From Candidatus Microgenomates bacterium (GTDB lineage Bacteria; Patescibacteriota; Microgenomatia; UBA1400; UBA12108): a stretch of DNA of 64,000 nucleotides. The stretch's first letter is position 1; every line of letters begins with the position of its first letter. The position numbers and the translations under genes were made by a program. Shown here in pieces: positions 59,700-64,000 of the stretch. The stretch lies in contig QEVC01000001.1 in assembly GCA_003576945.1 (NCBI GenBank), positions 26,129-90,128 of the forward strand, in the 5' to 3' direction. A model generated the notes under the pieces. It made no database searches. It had not been told where the DNA came from and saw only the letters and a list, made by a program, of their open reading frames with translations.

Positions 59700-60341
59700 C
59701 TACTCTTCACTTGGCATGGTGGCACCGTATTTTTTGGCCATTTCCTCTAGGGCTTTCATATCATATTCACCATTTGCGTTGGGAGAGGGGATAGCCTTGG
59801 TCATCTCTGAGAGATCGGTGAATTTGACTGATTGTGGTGGGACAAAGTCGGAGTCGCTGGCAGTGGCACCATCACATTTAATGGTGTATCCTTCATTTTT
59901 TAAGTTGTCAAAACCAGATTCGGAGTCAAAAGTTGGTGTGTCTGGCATGTTACTACTGTATTCTTTAGCAGAATCAGTCATTTTCTTAGTTTCATCTTCA
60001 GTGGGAATAGTCATTTTGGTGCCAACATCCTTACCGTCCTCCCACATGTAGAGGTATTTTTCGTCGTTGAGCATGTATGAAGTCATTTTTTTGGATTCGA
60101 CCATTGTCACCATGGTGGCTTTCATCTTTTTACCCTTAATTAGGTAATCCATTTTTTCTTCTCCTTTGGTCATGGTACAAAGGGTGGGGCGGCCAGAGGC
60201 TATCGCAGCTGCCCACTCTGTGGCTTCTTTGACCTGCTGGACTTTCGATTGTGGGACATCAATCTTTTTGTTGTTCATGTAGAAATATCCACCTACGGTG
60301 ACGAGGGTGAGAGCTAGGGCGAGCGGAATGAGTTTTTTCAT
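59700..60341 (-). CDS. Secreted protein or lipoprotein, function unknown
   Basis: Signal peptide MKKLIPLALALTLVTVGGYFYM, then a hydrophilic Lys/Glu/Met-rich body. Confidence 0.4.
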   Translation of the reverse strand: MKKLIPLALALTLVTVGGYFYMNNKKIDVPQSKVQQVKEATEWAAAIASGRPTLCTMTKGEEKMDYLIKGKKMKATMVTMVESKKMTSYMLNDEKYLYMWEDGKDVGTKMTIPTEDETKKMTDSAKEYSSNMPDTPTFDSESGFDNLKNEGYTIKCDGATASDSDFVPPQSVKFTDLSEMTKAIPSPNANGEYDMKALEEMAKKYGATMPSEE

Positions 60342-60382
60342 AAACTACCTCCAATGTTTAACTGACTTTACTATAGCAAATT

Positions 60383-60859
60383 CTAGTAAGCCTTGGGAGG
60401 GGGGAGACGTTTACCTAGTGGCGAGAGCGTCAGCTTACAAGCGTCCGCATAAATCGCGGCAATTTTTGATTGAAGGGATGCGATATCAACCCCCTTTTTG
60501 GCAAGACTAGACAAGACTTCGACGATGCCCGCATCGTAGTCGTTCTTGTGTTTGGTCATGATATCTTTCCAGATTATGTTGCTTAGTGGAGATAAGAGTG
60601 TGGGGTCATATTTGAGATCACCGCGGAGCATAAGTAGGGCGAGCATAGGGTAACTTACACTATGTGTGTAATACGCTGTATTATCATTGCTCATGATTTG
60701 GTTGGTTTTGGGGTCGTAGGTGACTGTGTAGTATTTGCCGCGACTACTGCTGTAAATTTTTAATTCGGTATCACTAACTAGTTCAAATCTATTATCAGCA
60801 ATGGCAGTTAGGGCTTCGTAGACTTTGCTTAGATGTGGCGGAGAGTAGGGTTTTGACAT
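60383..60859 (-). CDS. Hypothetical protein
   Basis: 158-aa ORF with no motif. Confidence 0.3.
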   Translation of the reverse strand: MSKPYSPPHLSKVYEALTAIADNRFELVSDTELKIYSSSRGKYYTVTYDPKTNQIMSNDNTAYYTHSVSYPMLALLMLRGDLKYDPTLLSPLSNIIWKDIMTKHKNDYDAGIVEVLSSLAKKGVDIASLQSKIAAIYADACKLTLSPLGKRLPPPKAY

Positions 60860-60926
60860 ATGGATATAATAACCTGAGAGAACCGAGAAATGAAGAATAA
60901 CAAATCTAAATTATCGCTAACAACAT

Positions 60927-61265
60927 CTAACCAAATAGAGGAAAAATTATATATAAAAATGATGCGATCAAAGACGTCATTGCAATTACATTTCCCACCA
61001 TACCCACCACAGGCACCCAAAAGGCCGTCTGTCCAGCTTTTATTTTTCTCACCGATACGACAAGCGAGTAAATGAAGGAAGATAAAACTATAAATAAAGC
61101 TAACGCCAAAAATCCATACATCAAAGTAGTGAGGGTGCTGGAGCAATTGTTATCACACGCCATCGTTGTTATGAGGCTGATATTAAAGACAACATAGTTA
61201 AAAGGAATCATTACCAAGAGAAACAGAATTGTGAAAACTCGGTCTAGTTTTTGTAAGGCGGTCAT
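60927..61265 (-). CDS. Small polytopic membrane protein
   Basis: 112 aa with three hydrophobic helices. Confidence 0.3.
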   Translation of the reverse strand: MTALQKLDRVFTILFLLVMIPFNYVVFNISLITTMACDNNCSSTLTTLMYGFLALALFIVLSSFIYSLVVSVRKIKAGQTAFWVPVVGMVGNVIAMTSLIASFLYIIFPLFG

Positions 61266-61269
61266 ATGT

Positions 61270-62628
61270 TTATGGTACCTTTTTGCAAAAACTCACAAAC
61301 TCCTCTTTCGTCAAAGTTTTTTCTATACCCAAAACAAACTGGAATATACGCCAGCTATCATCACGCAAAATAGGTAAATAGAAGATTTGATTGGTGAGTT
61401 TAGAAGCTTGTTTATACGCTTTTTTCAATTCTTCTAGCTTTGTTTTATAGATATTATTATCAAATCCTCCCGTCATACCGGATGAAATATTGACGCTTTT
61501 TACTTCAAAAATATGTACCCGATCAAAACTATCCTTCATCACAAAGTCGGGATAAGAAGAATGCACCGCACCGAGATAATACTCAAATTTTATCGGCGAG
61601 TTAGCTACATAATTTTTCCCCCACAAATACACCTGTTTCTCTTCTAAAAGTGCCGACTCTTCTTTGCCGAATATATTAGTTGCTCCCGCCTTTGGATTCT
61701 TTTTGCCAACTGTTACTCTTTTGCCAACTCGTCCATCACCAACCGCCAAATCATCTTTTGCCAAATCTTTTAGTACTTCCGTCCACTCCCGCTCTGCCTC
61801 ACTATCAAAAGCAAATTTGTCTTTCCCGTCGTTTCGCTTCCACACCCAGTCGCCGATATTCACATAATTGCCGTTATCCGTATAGTGAGAAGTTGGCGCA
61901 AAAGACACTTCTACCTCTTGTCCTCTTTCATCTTTCACCACCTCCATACTCTTTTCGTAGTCGTTCACATATTTACTGCTTTCACTCGCCACCGCTTCTA
62001 TGTTTTCCGCACAGACACGCCAAGTATCATAATTATCCGCATATACCACCGCCATTTCTCGTACGCCATTTTCAACTTTTGCCATATCACGCCATAACGT
62101 AAAAATAGAACTGGGCGCAGATACAGCAGGTTGCTCCTTCAAGAATGCTGCCAAGTTAAAGTCCGCTTTTTTTGTTAACGGCTTTAGCCGTGTCGTTTTA
62201 ATCTTGATCTCATCGGTAATAGCCTTGCTCTCCTGCCAGAGCTTCACTCCAAAAGTCTTTTGTATCTCTTGCGGTACAATACCCCACACCCACGCTGTCA
62301 TAGCAAGTTGTTGCGCTTCTTCAGAAAGCGTTTCAAAATCCAAAAGCCGAGGGTTGCGCCTTACACGCCCCATCACTTGTTCGTCAAGTTGCTTACTCTT
62401 ACTATCGCGCATCTGATAGAGCATGCAGGCGCGCGGAATATCCCAGCCTTCAGTAATCACCATTTTGAAAATGATGATATCAATGGTACTAGATTTGGCA
62501 TAGTCCTTCCATTTGCTCACCGGCAGTTTTTTTGCCTTGAAAGTATCGTTAGTGTCGCATTCTTTATCATTGTTTACGATGAGCATCCATTTCAAATTCG
62601 TGTGTTCAGCCTTCGATACTTGACCCAT
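61270..62628 (-). pseudogene. Truncated type III restriction enzyme Res subunit (C-terminal half: helicase motifs V-VI plus PD-ExK nuclease domain)
   Basis: VITEGWDIPRACMLY (motif V) and GRVRRNP (motif VI) sit near the N-terminus of the ORF, with no motifs I-IV upstream. The C-terminal HIFEVKS is an ExK-type nuclease motif. The 5' end abuts the IS200/IS605 left end. Confidence 0.5.
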
Positions 62629-63170
62629 CCGACCGTTAGGTCGAGTGAGGGAGTTACCCCTGTTTCGGCGGGAGTCGTACCAAAGCTAGTAGAATAGGGA
62701 GGTATGGAATTTACCCACCTATCCCATTGCCTCTACCACTGCGAATACCACATAGTTATCACCACCAAGTTTCGGAAGAAAATCTTTAACGAGGGAATTT
62801 TTGCCTACTTTGATATTAAGTTGGCGGAAATAACCGAGCACTATCCTTTGATCAGGTTCCGAAAAGTGAACCATGATCGTGATCACATCCACCTTCTAGT
62901 CTCCATTCCGCCAACAATGAACGTGGGGAGAGCAGTAGGGATCATTAAACAGAATACCGCTCGGAATCTCAAACAAAAATTCCCGTTTCTCAAAGACGTG
63001 TACTGGGGGACTGAAGCAGTGTGGTCGGAAGGCTACTTTGCTAGTACCGTGGGAGCTAACGAGTCAATCATCAAACGCTATATAGAAAATCAGGGTAAGC
63101 AAGAAACAGGGCAAGCTACGCTTGAACTAAATTAACCCCGCGACCGTAAGGTAGTCGGTGATTTAGCGTC
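62629..63170 (+). mobile_element. IS200/IS605-family insertion sequence (tnpA only) with subterminal hairpins
   Basis: Left hairpin CGACC-GTTA-GGTCG at 62633-62646, right imperfect hairpin CGAC-cgtaaggta-GTCG at about 63143-63159, flanking the tnpA ORF. Confidence 0.6.
62704..63135 (+). CDS. tnpA: IS200/IS605 Y1 (HuH) transposase TnpA
   Basis: YHCEYHIVITTKFRK...HDRDHIHLLVSIPP (HuH motif) ...YWGTEAVWSEGYFASTVG (catalytic Tyr region). Confidence 0.85.
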   Translation: MEFTHLSHCLYHCEYHIVITTKFRKKIFNEGIFAYFDIKLAEITEHYPLIRFRKVNHDRDHIHLLVSIPPTMNVGRAVGIIKQNTARNLKQKFPFLKDVYWGTEAVWSEGYFASTVGANESIIKRYIENQGKQETGQATLELN

Positions 63171-63199
63171 AACTCTACTCAAGAAAGCTTCATAAAATA

Positions 63200-63436
63200 T
63201 TAATCTGTAGGGTCTATATGGTTTAGTAGCCTTAATAAATCTTGAGTTGTGCTCTTTAAATCTTTTTTGCAAATCAGTTGTGTAGCCGATATAAAAAAAC
63301 TATTCTTTAGACTCCTAAGTATATAAACATAGTAGAACATAGAAAGCGGTGACGTAAGAGCGTTAATTTTCTCTGAAAATTTCTCGCTCAACGTCCCAGC
63401 AGTGTTAAACGTAAGACTTACTTCTTTGGAAATCAA
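63200..63436 (-). pseudogene. Possible truncated GIY-YIG nuclease-domain fragment
   Basis: FYYVYILRSLKNSFFISAT...DLLRLLNH resembles GIY...YIG...R..H, but the ORF ends 5 aa later. Weak. Confidence 0.25.
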
Positions 63437-63769
63437 CGTTTTTACGCTGCGGTCTCTTTACGAAAAAATTCGAACTATATTTCAAAGGTAGCGCGACGAG
63501 CGCATGAAAGCCTCGCAACGGGAAAAACTCAAGGCGGCGGCCGAAAAGATAAGAAGTAAAAGAAAACGCAAAAATTTAAAAGAACAAAAACTTAAATGGC
63601 GCAACAGGTGGACTCAATCAGGAATCTCTTCCAATTGTCCGATTGCGCCATTAAAAAAGAGATCAGAAAATTGAGTCCAAATTAAATATCCAACAATCAA
63701 AGAGGAAAAACAGTGCTTTTTTTGATATGATATAATCTAAGTATCATTTACTAGAGTAGTAACCAGACA

Positions 63770-64000
63770 ATGAGTGAACCATTATCACAAGCAACAGGTT
63801 GGGGAAAAGAAGATAGATCGCCAATAAAAGATTTAGTAAACGGTCAAGGAGTAAGTCAACAGGAAATACTACGATGGAAAGCTGTCGCTCGAAGATTCGA
63901 TGTTTATGGCTATCAAAATCCTGACAAACTTGACCTTTATACTTTTCCTCGACCGCAGAGAACTAAAGATTTTTTAAAAGGAGAATCAGAATATAGTTAC
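63770..64000 (+). CDS. Partial CDS running off the window end, function unknown
   Basis: ATG at 63770, then MSEPLSQATGWGKEDRSPIKDLVNGQGVSQQEILRWKAVARRFDVYGY... with no stop before 64000. Confidence 0.3.
   Translation, partial: MSEPLSQATGWGKEDRSPIKDLVNGQGVSQQEILRWKAVARRFDVYGYQNPDKLDLYTFPRPQRTKDFLKGESEYSY

Overview
This 64 kb window looks like the replication-origin region of a small, streamlined (probably CPR/Patescibacteria-like) genome, about 45 % GC. The ori block is canonical: jag-yidC-yidD-rnpA-rpmH on the minus strand, divergent from dnaA-dnaN. There are perfect DnaA boxes and three AAAATGAGGAWAA repeats between dnaA and dnaN. Instead of recF/gyrB, dnaN is followed by a roughly 20 kb type-IV-secretion-like / pilus-like locus (27.6–47.9 kb). 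It contains a VirB4-family ATPase, a membrane-spanning CHAP-domain cell-wall hydrolase, a VirB6-like polytopic protein, a DUF4143 AAA+ ATPase, a 960-aa surface protein ending in a two-TM 'LPGF' module, and a tandem array of seven paralogous small two-TM VirB2/TrbC-like proteins. An ECF sigma factor and a PIN/Phd toxin-antitoxin pair flank it. An eighth pilin-like paralogue and a second LPGF protein sit at 52.8–53.7 kb, divergent from a SpoIID/LytB-like protein. A roughly 120-nt structured element occurs twice in the 5' leaders of the locus, with compensatory base changes. Other content: valS, Fic and Nudix genes, two tandem MFS transporters plus a decayed third copy, rplY, rnhA, Wzx/Wzy-like genes, an idi–IPK–uppS isoprenoid cluster, smpB with a convergent tmRNA candidate, comF, and an IS200/IS605 tnpA beside a truncated type III Res gene. 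Short 7–8-nt-periodic direct repeats (GTAAATCC/GTATAGCC, GTACATAG) recur in leaders, including upstream of both yidC paralogues, and a (CT)8 tract sits in a promoter spacer. All calls are from reading the sequence by eye; no searches were run.
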